From Botryllus schlosseri (Eukaryota): a stretch of 64,000 bases of DNA. Positions 1-12,660 of this stretch are shown here, piece by piece. The stretch is taken from NCBI GenBank assembly GCA_051294905.1, contig CM119386.1:1612001-1676000 (forward strand), written 5' to 3'. The stretch's first letter is position 1. Each line of letters begins with the position of its first letter. The notes below the pieces were generated by a model. It had not been told where the DNA came from. It did not search any database and was given only the letters and a program-made list of their open reading frames with translations. The translations under genes and the position numbers were made by a program.

Positions 1-483
1 CGATTCGAGTCAATCTGTGTATTGACTCGACTTGGACTCGAGTCATAGCGCATGACTCGAGCCAAGTCATATGACTCGATAAACATACGGCCAAGACCGA
101 TATTTTATCGTAATTTCGAAGAATAGTAAAGTAACCACCCTATTAGGATTTCATCTATTGGTACTAGTACTTGAAATGCGATCGGAAACTGCTCAAAGTG
201 AGGAAAATTAGTATATTATAAATGCGAACCATTCAATATCACCAAACAGAATTATAAAAAGTGAGTTTAACAAGATTTTAGCTGGAAACTGAGCAGTCAA
301 CACAATGACTTGGACTCGGACTCGAGTCATGAAATCATGACTCGGACTCGGTCCTCTGATCGACGACTTGGACTCGGACTTGACTCGGTGGTGAGTTAAA
401 AATGACTTGACTTGACTCGAGTCAAAACTATATAAGTGAAATTGACTTGTGACTCGGAGCCTTGTGACTTGGTTGCGACCCTG
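1..483. mobile_element. One end of a non-autonomous hAT-like element with GACTCG/GACTTGGACTCG subterminal repeats
   Basis: Dense GACTC(G)/GAGTC motifs in both orientations ending in GGTTGCGACCCTG (reverse complement CAGGGTCGCAACC, hAT-type terminus); other end outside the window. Confidence 0.65.
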
Positions 484-1048
484 GATTCTACATTGAATGC
501 CTCGATGTGCTTGAAATATAAATAAAAATAATACAATAGTTATCTGGGTTGACCAGAACCGAGAGTGTCACAAGTCTCAGGTCATGAAAAGATTTTTAAC
601 TCCCATTGTTGCTGGCTCCGCTGGAATCCTGGATAATCTACTTTTGATGATGTTTGAAGTTACAACTGATATGCTAATTCTTTCTGAATATTCATTATTT
701 AATGGTTAATAAATTTCATTCATGTTACTAGTGGATATATATATACTTGGAATAAACTGTTGATGTAACAAACAGGAGTTGCCCGGGTGTCTCATCTCGG
801 ACCCAGCTTGCCTCATGTTACCCTCAACCTGACCAGCGATTTTTGAGGCCCTAGAAATCCTGGAGTATGTCGTTCAATACAACTCAAAACATACATATGC
901 ATTGTACAGATCACAGCCTTTCCATTGATAGCAAAATGGATGCTCGGAGAGCATTGCTCCTTCAGTGGCGTTACAATATCAAAAAAATGTCTCGTCTTCG
1001 CCTCCTCTTCCCCCAGTTCTAATTAAAAGTTTGTTACTGACGACTGAC

Positions 1049-1143
1049 CTCATTCCCTTGTATTCTGTGACGCGGTTCATCAAACGGTAGTCCTCCTTTC
1101 CTGTATAGATTTTGTATTGATACCATCCCGCTGAAACGTTCAT
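1049..1143 (-). CDS. Scavenger receptor coding exon 5
   Basis: 95 bp MNVSAGWYQYKIYTGKEDYRLMNRVTEYKGM; acceptor TTTTCAG, donor GTCAGT; phase 0-2. Confidence 0.9.
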
Positions 1144-4100
1144 CTGAAAATATCACGAACAGTGCGCGCAATTCGGTTGGGGACAACTCTCTAATTAATC
1201 GATATCGCTTGCATTATTTCGAGTATCTGAGTGATACGATTCAGGATCGAGTACTAGGCTCACTGGTTATGGTGTCAAAACAGCATGAATAGTGGTGTGG
1301 AAAGTTTAAATATGTACCTTTTCTGCAACTGAAAAGAATAAAATGCCTGTTCTACATCACACGAGAGTTTATTTGGTGTTTTTCGACCACTACATCCTAT
1401 TTTTGTGAGAATGCCGTGGGTCGGTCAAGGCTTCACAGATATGTCATTCCACAAACCTGCGTAGCTTGGTTACTACATGTTTCGTATGCTGCGATATGAC
1501 CAATCGAGAGTCACAGACTTCCACTGCGGAAATTCTTAGATGTTCAGGAAATGGTAATGGTCAAATTGTTGTGGATAGAGTACACAAGACCATTAAAAGC
1601 TTACGGTTTGAAACAGTCCGAATTCATTAGGAAGATCGTCAGGGACGCCAGGAACGAGCTCGATAGTGTTGACGATAGCTGACAGCAGATCATCCGTGAA
1701 TCCGAAAAACAATTCGGCAGCTGTCTTTTGAAATAAAAGCTGAGATCCGGCATCGTTGATGAGTAAATTCAGTCCTCTGCGTAGTGCTCCTCGCTGCGCT
1801 ACCGATATGGCATCACCTCCAAGCTCAATAGCGTATTCTACTATGGACGGGGCTCCCTGAAAAAAATGTTTGAATCGTCAACATCAAGGCTGGATGATCC
1901 GATTCTGAATCGTGTATTAGCGGCAGACGTGGTCAGTATCGAAGTACTTCTACTTTTTTGAAGTACTCAAGTAGTTTTCCTCTACTTCTGGTACTTACTC
2001 AAGTCGATTTTATTTTAGCTACTTCTACTTCTACTTCGTAATATTCTGTGATCTACTTACTTACTTTTCGCTACTTTCAGTTTGTCAAGTAAAAGTAGTT
2101 CAATCCTACAATTAGGAGGATAGCCTGAGCAATTTCGGGTCTGTTTTTCCGGAGTATCAACATTTAACTGTCATAGAAGTTGAGTAAAGCCCAGAATTTT
2201 TGTCGCGCTTCTCGCTCAGTGGATACAGAGTAACCATTATGATTTCACGACAGTATATAATATATAATTTATGTATTATAGGTAGCGAGTTGGCGTGGTT
2301 CCGTTCACACCGAATTATCGCCCTTCGCCCACATGAAATATTTCATGACAGTATATATGGCTCATCATAAGGTTTGAAACTCATGTTTCGAAATCTAGCA
2401 TTTATTTATGATATCCAGCAGTCTATAGCGTGTCCTAATCTGGAAAAGAGGACTCTGATTTTTTTTTAGTTTTAGAGCTTTTTCATCCTACCACCTTAAC
2501 ACCTTTGAAACGTTCTGGACTAAAGACAGGAAATGCATTTTACGTTTTTAGAAGTAGTATATATATATATTTCACTTTCAATTCCCAGTATCATATACAT
2601 CGAGTTCTAATTATTATCAGTTCTTTTGTCAGGAGAACATACATGTTGAAGTATAAAAGCAAGTGTAGTAATGCCTTTAATTTCCAGAAATAAAGCTACA
2701 CATGGCATTTTCACGATCCAGCGTAGTTTTTTATCAAAGTTTTCTAATCGCTCAAAGTGTTTACACCGTATGCCATACAACTTCTCCGTATTGCTCTTCG
2801 ACTAAACTACAGGCCTTATAATATAGGGGAGTGCGCCATACCGGTTGCCCGACATATGAGCATGCGACACAATGGAAAACGACAGTTCAGCATGGAACAC
2901 ATCAGCATGCGTCACTTCAGCATGTGACTGTATAACCCAAAAACGTACCCTAACCCGAAACATAGCCTAACCTAACCTAACCTAGCCTAACCTAACCTAA
3001 AGCCTAACCCTAACCCAACCATAAATCCAACCCTAACCTACCCCTAACCCGTAATTTAACCCACATGCGCATGTGTCGCATGCCAAATTGTCGCATGCCG
3101 AAGTCTCGCATGCTGTAATGTCGCATGCTCATATGTCCACGGACCCGCCATACCATGATATTTTTAAAACGTGATGTTCAAGTGAACAGAGGATTAGTAT
3201 AGAATTTCCATATCAATACTTTCATTTTCATCCCATGATGCGGACGAATGCTTATGCTGTCGAAAATTGGATATCTCCTGGTATGCATCAATATGAATCA
3301 AGCTCGGCGCCTTTTGCATAGCTCAATTTGCAGCTTTTGACAATCCATGCGAACGAATTACGATCGTTTTCACAACTTCTTACTTACTTACTTGAGTAGA
3401 TTTAAAGTCAGTCAGTTCTACTTCTACTTCTACTTGAGTAGCTTTCTCGACTACTTTGACCACCTTTGATTAGCGATCGGGTAGGCTATCACTCATTTAT
3501 ACAGTATTAATGATGTGGAAAGTCCAAATATTTACGTTTTACGCAATCACAAAAAATATAATGCCAGTTTTACATCACATAAAATATTATGTACTACATG
3601 TTTCATATGCTGCGATACGACCAATCAAAATTAGCAGCCTTCAGCAGTGGAAAATGAGTAGGGTTGGTGCTCTTACCTTGCAAATGGGAAAGACAGATTT
3701 CACCTTGCAAATGACCAAGAACGGTCGAAACACACGACAAGGTCGGGTGATCGGCCCCCTCAGTGGAGCAAGACCCAGATGGGGGCTCTCCCCCACAAAT
3801 TCGGCGAAATCCAAGTTCAAAATTACAGATGTCCATCCAAAACTGACGTTCGTTAGGTGGCGTATCTGGGTATTATTGCCCACGTGGGGGCTTACGGTTG
3901 CACCAACTAACTGACTTCAGGTTTGGATGAACATCTGTATTTTTGAACAGCTTCTTTGAGGTACAGAACTTCAATATACAATTGAATAGCATATTCATAT
4001 TAAAATGAACCCGAGCCGAAAATATTCGGGTTCATTTTAATATGAATATGCTATTCAATCTGTATTTTTGGATTTCAAGATTCTTTCCAATTTGCAAGGT

Positions 4101-7100
4101 AAATCCATTCTCATTTGCAAGGTACGAGCACCAACCCTATCGGGGAAAACACTATCAAAACTATAATTTTCATTGATGCATGAACTCTTTAGCGGCAAGA
4201 AGCGTAGGCTACGATTTCTTTCGCTACTCGACTATAGTATCATTGTGCTAGCTCTGTGGTTCCCAACCTTTTTAGTCTCGTGTCCCCTTGGCCGATTTTG
4301 AGCTAACCCCCCCCCCTGTTGCCTGTGACTAAAAAAATGTGCTTTTTAACGCGCAACCATTTGTTGACTGAGCAATTAATGGCCATAACATATTCAGATA
4401 TGTCCGAACTATGGCGAATGCGGACCGCACTAAACTTTGGTGGTAAAGTACAGTCAAATATGAACTGTTTTTGACCGGTCGGGTATAGCCGCTGACGAAA
4501 AATAAATCACCAAGTCCGCTTGCTATGGACTTGAGTTGAATCGATTAATTTGGTACGGTATGTTTTTCACGCTAGCTCAGGGGTTCTCAGCCCTTTCTTG
4601 GCAGTGGCCCATTTTCCTGAATAAAAATGTGCTGAGGCCCACCTGATATCTTAGAGTCATAATCCTGTTTAATGCGTGGTCATGGACAGCGCCGATATGC
4701 CTATTTCTCTAAAATATGCGCGTTTTTCTGTAACGGATGATATTTAAATCTCCATCTCCCGGGCTACGAAATCGCGCGAAGCGCGAAAAAAAATTCCAAG
4801 TTGAATAAATATCCTCCAACAAACGACCAACTACATAATCTTGGGCCCCTTCAAGTTCCCCAATTGGGGGTGTGGGTGCGGTAGTTACGGCCCTGGTAGA
4901 TCATAAGCTAAAACTCCTTAGTAGATTATTTTCGTCCGCTGCTCCATTCGCGTCGCGAAACACAATGCTCAGATCCCCGCTCTGTGTGATTGGGACTTTG
5001 GTGATACTATTGCGGGGAATATTACAATCATTCTGGGCCAGCATCGAAGAATTCATTGGTGGATGGGGTACCACAGAGAAGTGAAGAAAGATTTTTCAAT
5101 ATGCATGATGTACTTTGTATGTCTTGTACCAAGAGAACTGAAGTTGCGATGTCAGAATATTCAATCCAATGATACAATCCATTCCTGTGACTCTTTCGTT
5201 ATGTACAATGATTTCCAGGCCGGACATTTTAAACCGACTTCAAAGATTAATGCGCTCCGATAAATCCTCAATCTATTAAGATTCGTTGAGGTGGTGCAGT
5301 ATACCTCCGCCAGAAGTTGCTAATAATTTGCAATTATGGCTATTTTAGCTTACAATAATACGGCCTGCAGAAGTACAGTAAATCTGTACATCAATTTCGC
5401 TTCATTGCGAGTTCATTGCATAGCGGTTTCAACGGCATACGGCATATGACGGTGGCGGAATACTAGGTTACTTCAGCATTATCTTCCAGTTATTATACGC
5501 TTGAAATTATTTTAGTAGCTATGTTAGCCGTAGGTTGTCATAGCCAGTGCAAAAAGCCACCGTTTCTCCCTAACGCTTTCGATTTGTACATGCTGACTTC
5601 ATACGTGCCACTACGTCTAATCAGGGTCGGATGAAAAGCTTTATAGCTATGTAGCCTACGTATAATTAGATTATACGAATATATTTTTAGCGAATAACAT
5701 AAGAAATATAACTTAACTTACATTAATTCTGAAATTTTCTAAATAGCTCTGTGGCCCACCTCAAAATGCTCTGTGGCCCACCAGTGGGCCATGGCCCACC
5801 CTTTGAGAACCCCTGCGCTAGCTCATATGTTGGCTTAAAAAGTTGAACAATGTCACTAGCGGCCATGTGCTGAATTCGGTTTGACGTTTTCCTGCTTAGT
5901 AGAAATTTGGTCGAGAGGCTGTCGCAGATCCAACGAAATCGTCTCATGAGCCTCACTTTATCAGGGGGTGTAATATATACGGAAGGCATTTAAACGTACA
6001 CCTAGTTTGAAATCCGCCAAAGAAATATACAATTAAAAAGAAATAATTTCTACTTAATAGTTTTATACCATAAAAATTCTTGTGAACCCAGTGTATCTTC
6101 CAATACAATGCCAAAGTCAGATTTCCCCTAAAAAATTAAGCCAGATTCCCCCCTAAAAATTTCAAAATTCCCCACAAGGGGGGAATTCCCCCCCGTTGGG
6201 AACCACTGTGCTAGCTACAGTATAATTATCTTCTTTGCAGAGTTAATCTAATTATCCCAATTGAGTAAGTGGGAAGTGGGACTATCTAATAACATTATTC
6301 AGTATGAAACAACGGTATGCAACTCACGGCGGCTATCAAATTCAGTGTCGTTACAAGATCGTTTTCTTTCCCTCTGGATCGCTCGGGCTCAAAATAATAC
6401 TTTCCAGTTGAACGAAATTTGAGTTCTTCAAAATCATCTGGATTGTCAATGAATTCAGTTTGGTCTTTCAATAATTCGGTTCTAAAAAGATCCATCAATA
6501 ACAAGAACATGACAATCAACCAATCGTCAATGCTGCATGATTGACTATACAGCATTCGATAAAATGCACAATCGAATCTCCACCGCTTGTCATTACAAGA
6601 CTACCGCTACCGTAGAACCATAGTAGCAGCTACAGCTAACGATTGCAGCACAACAAAGCGAATCTGCTTGAGTAGTAATTGCGTTGAATATGCCGACGCC
6701 ATAAAACCGAACTTGCTGACTTGCATTCCAGTCAATGATTTATTATATATCATTGATTCCAGTGTAGTTTTTAGAAATTTTGAGACTTGCAATACTAGAG
6801 TAAAATCCGGAAAAAATAATAAAGTTTTCCCGACTCCGTAGTTGGTTGACTATAAGAAAAAGGTCATTTTTCCGATTCGGCTCCAGAAATTCACATATTT
6901 GTTGTATTCTACGTTGGTTGACTGAAAAAAGGTCATCTTTCCGGCTCAGCTCCCGAAATAGCCGCCGGAGCGCTACTTCAGTGCTGATTTACTGTATCTC
7001 AGTCGAATTTTACCCTGTAGCTAACAAAAATTATAAAAAAAGAGGACTCCGAGGACACTTTCAAAACGGTCAAAAAAGAGGACAAATCCTCTTAAAAGTG

Positions 7101-9942
7101 AAGGTATAGTAACCCTAAGTGTAGTAGATATTGTTCGTGGTAACAAAAAAAATTCAAATTATCTTGTTTATGGCTGGTTCGTGGCCCTAGACCAGTTCAC
7201 CTCGGCTGAGTATCGAGATGGATGGTTTGTGACACAGATTTCGCATTCCGCCCGTAAATGTATTTTTGTAATAAATTTCTGATTGACGGTGCCTTGCATG
7301 CCTCTATTAACACGCTCTTCCAGGACACTTGTTAGGAGTTTGATTGATAAGAGCGAATCTTTATTCGTCAACCGTGCAAATCGATAACATACAACAAAAA
7401 TGCAATTCTGCGAAATGCGATATACAGATAGGCGTGATATAGACGGAGGCTTGATATAACAGCGACATCACAGCCGAGCCAACCGGTGTCATTTCGTTGA
7501 TCAAGGGGTTGCCATCTTTTAATAACATCGAAATCTTGATGTTTTTAATTGATGAGAATATCAATACACGAATGACTGAATGAATATGAATATCCTAACT
7601 TCTCAGGGGAGTCAGCGCGGTTGGCTTATCCAGCACCATCAGGCATCGGCTAAAGACACTGCGGTTTGACTCACAGCTGTGGCAAGTTTACCTGGACTTC
7701 TCAGAGTTGCAGTTCTTACAAAAAAGTATCGAAAAATACCCGATGAACGACGAACATCTATCTGTTTGCTACATCGCATTGATTTATTGTAAATGGTTAC
7801 GATTATGCATCGTATGGACACGACTGAGTATACCCAAATATAAACAAGTCAGAGCTCGAGATTACCCGACCATGATCTGATATATCGTACTCATCTTCCG
7901 TCACATGCCACCTCAATATTGTCGCTTGTCTTTTATGCCATCATATATTATTTTTCATTCCGTGGTCAGTGCGCGTTGCCACGGTTGTTTGCAGCAACTA
8001 TCATCAACTAGATACGGTGTCCCGCTCAGTGAATCAGGTTTCGCTGCCTAAGCGCGCGAAGGGCGTAAATTTTCTATAATTCACGGTTGAATATGATCGG
8101 GAATTGCACATTGCTATCAATTTACATGCGTTCTCTGCTCACGTAATCAGATTTACCGGTAGAGCATGGGTGAGGTGTCTTGGAAAATGTAGGGCCCGTA
8201 ACTAATAATTAAACATATTGGGGCGGACATGTTGGTATAATTATACTTAGTAACATATAATGTTATTTCGTCTGCTATTTAAAAAGATATTGAATTGGCC
8301 CAAGCGCACTAAACTAAAATGTTGGGCCTCCTTCGAGCTCACCCCCGGCAGTCACGGTCCTGTGGTCTCGGTCCCTCGAGGGGAGCACGCGCATGCCTCC
8401 ACTTTAGATCGCCTAGGCCCAGATGGGTGTCTAATTTCGAACAATACTCCAATATCGTTACAAAACCTTCCTATCTTTCCGTTGTATCACGATTCTGTGG
8501 TGTTTTGATAATGACTTTTATAATAATAAACTGTAGGCTACTGCTGTGCATATGTATTGCTATTTTTGATTTCAAGATCGAGATTTGCACATTATGAAAC
8601 ATCAGTATTGAAATGTGACATCAATATGTCAATGAATTGTAAGGTATACCATAGTATTGGATATTCATTTCCTCCGGAATGGTGGTTAAAATTATAGGCT
8701 AAGTACAATAAATGTTACAGCGACGTAGTGACTCATCGTCAAAGCAGTTCTTTTATTATAATCACATCACTAGTTCGCAACATCCGATATGCACGACTGC
8801 GTACAACTCACATTATATACAAGCAAATCAAACAATACTTAGGCTCGCATGAATTCCGCAGCTTATTGTTTTATTCGATTTTTACGAGCTTCATATTACC
8901 TCAAACAGATGGAAATCTGAATCTGCCAGCTGACTATGGCTCGGAATCAGAATGATCAGTCACCTGTACACGTACGGTCCCAGTTCATCGAATCGCGGTT
9001 TTACGAAGTTCTTATTCGCGGCCCCCGCCAGAAATTCCTCCGGATTCGTGCAGTTGAAAAGGTAGAATTCTAAATAGTAAGGAGGCGGGGCTTTCCACGA
9101 ATCAAACGCCGCCGTATTGTCCGCAATCACCAAGTTCTGTGGTAATAGGTTAATAAGCTTACCGTATTGCAGGAGAATGTTACAAAAACTAAGCAAAACA
9201 AAAGTTACAAGAAGAAAAACAAAAACCACAAAGAAAATAGGCCTTGGTCAGATTCAGTCCATATATACTTAGCGGGCCGCTAAACCTTTGCCAATAAGCA
9301 ATGATGACTTTTAACGAGTTCGTGAAATTGTCAACACGAAATATCATACAAGATGCTCTACACTGGTCCAACCAATTGGTCGCTGTCAAATTCGAACTTT
9401 TGCCAGAAAAATTGCGACAGATCCTCGCATGGCAGCTTGCCATAATCAGGGTTACTTTATGTTGAGATCCCTAAAGGGAACACCATTGACAGGTTGAAGG
9501 AGCCACCATAGCGTTGGAGACAACGGGTGATTTTAAAAAAGGTCATTTTTTTGGACTCGACTCCCGAAAAACCCGTTTTTACCTTATATTAGCCGAGTTG
9601 ATTAAACAAAAAATTCATTTTTCCAACTGGGCTACCGAAATACCCGTTTCTCATCAATTCCTGGTCTCTTTTGGTGTTTTAAGACAAATTGCCTAAAAGG
9701 AGGATTTGGGCCCACGGAGGACATTTCTTGAAAAAGGAGGACAAATACGGAGGACGTATGGTCCCCCCACCTCAAAGTTAGGCTATATACTCAATACTCA
9801 CGTTCTCGACGATGGCAACGTAAGCCGTGTCAAAAATGAAAACCAACATTCCACCAAGAATTACAAGAATCGCCCCAACGATGCCACAGGCGTAGATGCA
9901 GCATCTACCACACGGGCTATCACAACAATTAGTTTTACCCAT
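1049..9942 (-). CDS. CD36/SCARB-family class B scavenger receptor (LIMP-2/SCARB2-like), 5' part; exons 9942-9802, 9136-8964, 6481-6328, 1856-1605, 1143-1049; continues beyond window start
   Basis: Manual splicing gives one open frame: MGKTNCCDSPCGRCCIYACGIVGAILVILGGMLVFIFDTAYVAIVEN / NLVIADNTAAFDSWKAPPPYYLEFYLFNCTNPEEFLAG...ELGPYVYR / TELL...YYFEPERSRGKENDLVTTLNLIAA / GAPS...LLFQKTAAELFFGFTDDLL...EFGLFQT / MNVSAGWYQYKIYTGKEDY...YKGM. All junctions are AG/GT with compatible phases. It has the N-terminal TM and CD36-family motifs (FYxFNxTNPEE, GPYxYR, TLN, GLF). Orthology among CD36/SCARB1/SCARB2 is not resolved. Confidence 0.95.
1605..1856 (-). CDS. Scavenger receptor coding exon 4
   Basis: 252 bp (84 codons) GAPSIVEY...NEFGLFQT; acceptor TTTTTTTCAG, donor GTAAGC; phase 0-0; absent from the ORF track because it has no in-frame Met. 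Confidence 0.92.
1924..3468. mobile_element. Non-autonomous hAT element (TACT/AGTA-rich subtermini) with nested insertions
   Basis: TIRs CAGACGTGGTCA...TGACCACCTTTG; 8-bp TSD ATTAGCGG / ATTAGCGA; related partial copy at about 9987-10180. Confidence 0.8.
2843..3145. mobile_element. MULE-like MITE (303 bp) with a (CCTAA/CCCTAA)n core
   Basis: 9-bp TSD CGCCATACC (2834-2842, 3146-3154); inverted arms GACATATGAGCATGCGACA / TGTCGCATGCTCATATGTC; left-arm-only copy at about 36693-36780. Confidence 0.85.
3659..4139. mobile_element. TIR element (about 50-bp imperfect TIR TAGGGTTGGTGCTC...CCTTGCAAAT), hAT-like
   Basis: Clear inverted termini; no TSD recognisable; contains the nested foldback at 3933-4070. 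Confidence 0.7.
4254..6208. mobile_element. Non-autonomous hAT (Buster/Charlie-type) element
   Basis: TIR CTGTGGTTCCCAAC / GTTGGGAACCACTG; perfect 8-bp TSD TGCTAGCT. Confidence 0.88.
4578..5815. mobile_element. hAT (Buster-type) element nested in 4254-6208
   Basis: TIR CAGGGGTTCTCA / TGAGAACCCCTG; perfect 8-bp TSD CGCTAGCT; GGCCCAC subterminal motifs. Confidence 0.88.
6328..6481 (-). CDS. Scavenger receptor coding exon 3
   Basis: 154 bp; TELLKDQTEF...TTLNLIAA; acceptor TTTTTAG, donor GTGAGT; phase 2-0. Confidence 0.93.
8964..9136 (-). CDS. Scavenger receptor coding exon 2
   Basis: 173 bp; NLVIADNTAAFDSW...GPYVYR; acceptor CCACAG, donor GTGACT; phase 0-2. Confidence 0.95.
9802..9942 (-). 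CDS. Scavenger receptor coding exon 1 (Cys-rich N-terminus + TM1)
   Basis: 141 bp; ATG in AAAATGG context; acceptor TTTCTCAG 11 nt upstream (exon starts 9953); donor GTGAGT; phase 0. Confidence 0.9.
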
Positions 9943-10205
9943 TTTGCAAGACGCTGAGAAATTCAGATCATTCCATTTTTAGCAACCAGAGGTGGTCAAA
10001 GTATAATCATCGACGGTACTCGCGTGAAAGTAGAAGTAGCGTAATGAAAACATAGTGAGGTAGAAGTACTCTAACGTCATAACCATTTGAGCAAGTATTA
10101 CGAGTAGGCAATCCCTGCTTGAGTAGCCTACTCCGAAAAAGCAGAAGTAGGCCTACTTTGTTTCTAACCACCAAGTTCTGGGGCTTATCATCGTGTGAAG
10201 TAAAC

Positions 10206-10594
10206 CAGCGGTTCCCAACCTTTTTCGACTAATCGCCTCCTTATCAAGATCGACGCAAATTTTTCGCCCCTCATATTTTCGAATCCGAAAAAGAGGACAT
10301 ACAACGGGAAATTTATACAGCTGACTCGGACAACCGGTTATCGCGAGTGTACTATCCGTTGAGTTGACCTTTATTAGTCAACTTTCATGGCAGTTACAGG
10401 ATTAGCCGTTTTCATGTGCATTTTTGTGACCGTATCTGGTTTCCGGTTAATTAAACACTTATCACTGGCAATTCTAGCACTCTCTTACCCCTTCGTAAGT
10501 TGCCGCCACCCCAATCTCCCCCTCTGTGATTTTTGCCCCTTGTTTCTCAAAATCGCCCACCGGGGGGCGACACCGCTCACGCTGGGAACCTCTG
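10206..10594. mobile_element. hAT-like MITE
   Basis: TIR-like ends CAGCGGTTCCCAAC / GCTGGGAACCTCTG; flanks do not match as a TSD. Confidence 0.6.
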
Positions 10595-11304
10595 GTCTAG
10601 GACAAGTGTTCTTAAGGGATTCATAAACCATTGGGGGCTGCGTGGATTAGTTTTAAGAGATCCGTGAAATGATAATGTTGAAACTACAACTATGCATTGG
10701 CCTTTATAATATCTCTCCTTAGTTTCGTCCTGTTTTATTTTCAGCGCTCACAGTCAACAGTGATGACCTTTTTCATTCACTCCGTAGCTATTTAACCAAC
10801 GGCTAGCCCTGCTATGGGGCCATGAGTGATTAGTTTGTTGGTCTTAAGGTCCCCAAATAAAGTGGTTTGGGGATCCACACATCCACCCAAAGAAAGATAT
10901 GCGGTGCGCGATGAAGAAAAGGTTATGACGCACTGGTCTCGTAACTCGAGTGGTTTCATTGACGTGTTAACAGGAATTCGGGATATTAAGACATTATCGC
11001 GATTTATGGGGGGGGGGATCTGCATATTACCTATACGCCTGCCTCCATTGCATTTATTGTTTTATTGGATTTACTATCAAATGCTGTGCGTCTGGAGTTG
11101 TCACTGTGACAGTAACTCTACGAAGTTAGGTCTAAATCAGGGGTTACCAACTGGCGGGCTGCATGTGGTTGGTGTTACGTTGGTATGATATTTCGGAAAA
11201 AACGTGTTCATTATTTATAAGCTGAGATTCATTTCATTTTCAGCGGTGAACAATATCCCCATAATATCATCGCATATCGCTCATAGCCATCAGTATGTAT
11301 TTTA

Positions 11305-11833
11305 TAACATGACTTACGTTTGTCGGCAACACCAGCATTAGCGTTTATCAAAAATAACATCTTTTTTTCAACTTTTTGCGGCTATTTCATGAAATTGTTT
11401 GGTTGGCTAAAAAAATGTTGGACATCAAATTTTATACAATTCCAACTAGTAGAAATGAAGCTATTAGAGTTTGAGAAATCTGAATTTATTATAAATACAT
11501 TCAATTTTTTTTTCAAGTTGTACCATATCTAACTAATAAAATTGTTCATTTGTCCAGAAAAACGATGCAAAACGATTTCAACCAGTAGAAGCGACGTTAT
11601 TTGATTTTTCATTAAAAATTTTGAGATTAGGAACGGTCAATACTATTTTTTCAAATCCAAAAATTCCCACTACCGTAACTTTTTTAAAAATAACTTCAAA
11701 ATTTTCAAATTTCACTATAGGCTCACTTTACTAGTTGGAATTGAGTCAAATTTGGTGCTCCACGTTTTTTTTATTATTGAACCTACAATTTTATGAAATA
11801 GACGCAATAACTGAAAAAAATGATTTGAACAAC
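11305..11833. mobile_element. Dispersed MITE family with TAGGGTTGTTCAAA-type termini; other pieces at about 22120, 54050-54300, 54985-55150, 55640-55980, 59188-59390, 61997-62300
   Basis: Recurring CACCAAATTTGACTCAATTCCAACTAGTAGAAG core in both orientations; terminal TTTGAACAACCCTA. Boundaries approximate. Confidence 0.6.
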
Positions 11834-12660
11834 CCTAACTAACATGCTCTCGGTGGCAAACTGTCGGAAAGCAAGGAATAGGCCTTTGCCTGACGTGACA
11901 GCGGGCCAGACGCCGAGCCGCTAACAACAACGTCGTAGAACTTGCTGGAACTATTCATTTCAGAACGAATTACAGTAGTAGTGAGCAAAGATAGACAACA
12001 AAATATCCAGGAACGAATGACTGTATCAGTGAGCAAAGATAGGTTACAAAATATCCCGAATCTCAACGAAGTCACAAGATGAGCGTAAATGAACTATTGC
12101 CTGACGCTCACCGTACAGGCATACGAACATTTTCAAACGAATAATCCACGGCAAATTTGATCCAATATGGACTCTTTGTATACGCTGCTAATCATTCCCA
12201 TGGCTGTGACTCACAATACAAAATGATCATCCATTGATCATCATAATATATCCATTGATATTTTCGATTTTTATTTACGTCTATTCAATATAATACGTAA
12301 ATATGTCTCTCATCCGAGTTGAGTTGAAGGAGCAAAACGGTGTATTGAGTCACGACCTATCGTAAAACATTTGCTAATGCGTAACTACTTAATGTTTCGA
12401 TATTCCAAACTGCGGACCGCGGCGCCAACCAGGCTGGAAAGCTGGCCATTCGCTCGTTTTGAGTAGGTGATGCCTGATTTAAACTGCAACAGTGGCGCGC
12501 CCGACTTCTTGATCTCTAGGGCGTGGGTACAATTCCTGGCAGGGTAAGACTTGATTAGTAAAACTGACAGTATCTGTGGCTTCCCCGCTTTTGGCACACA
12601 TTATATCCGGGATAGCATGAGGGGTGATGAAAGATTAAAGCCTTAAAACGCTGTTTCTGC

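Noticed and set aside
2930-3062. CCCTAA/CCTAA run as a real telomere or chromosome fusion scar
   Set aside because: Short, mixed units enclosed by TIRs and a 9-bp TSD, so it is transposon cargo.
3510-3914. 134-aa ORF and overlapping antisense ORFs
   Set aside because: It spans the junction of two unrelated non-coding repeats.
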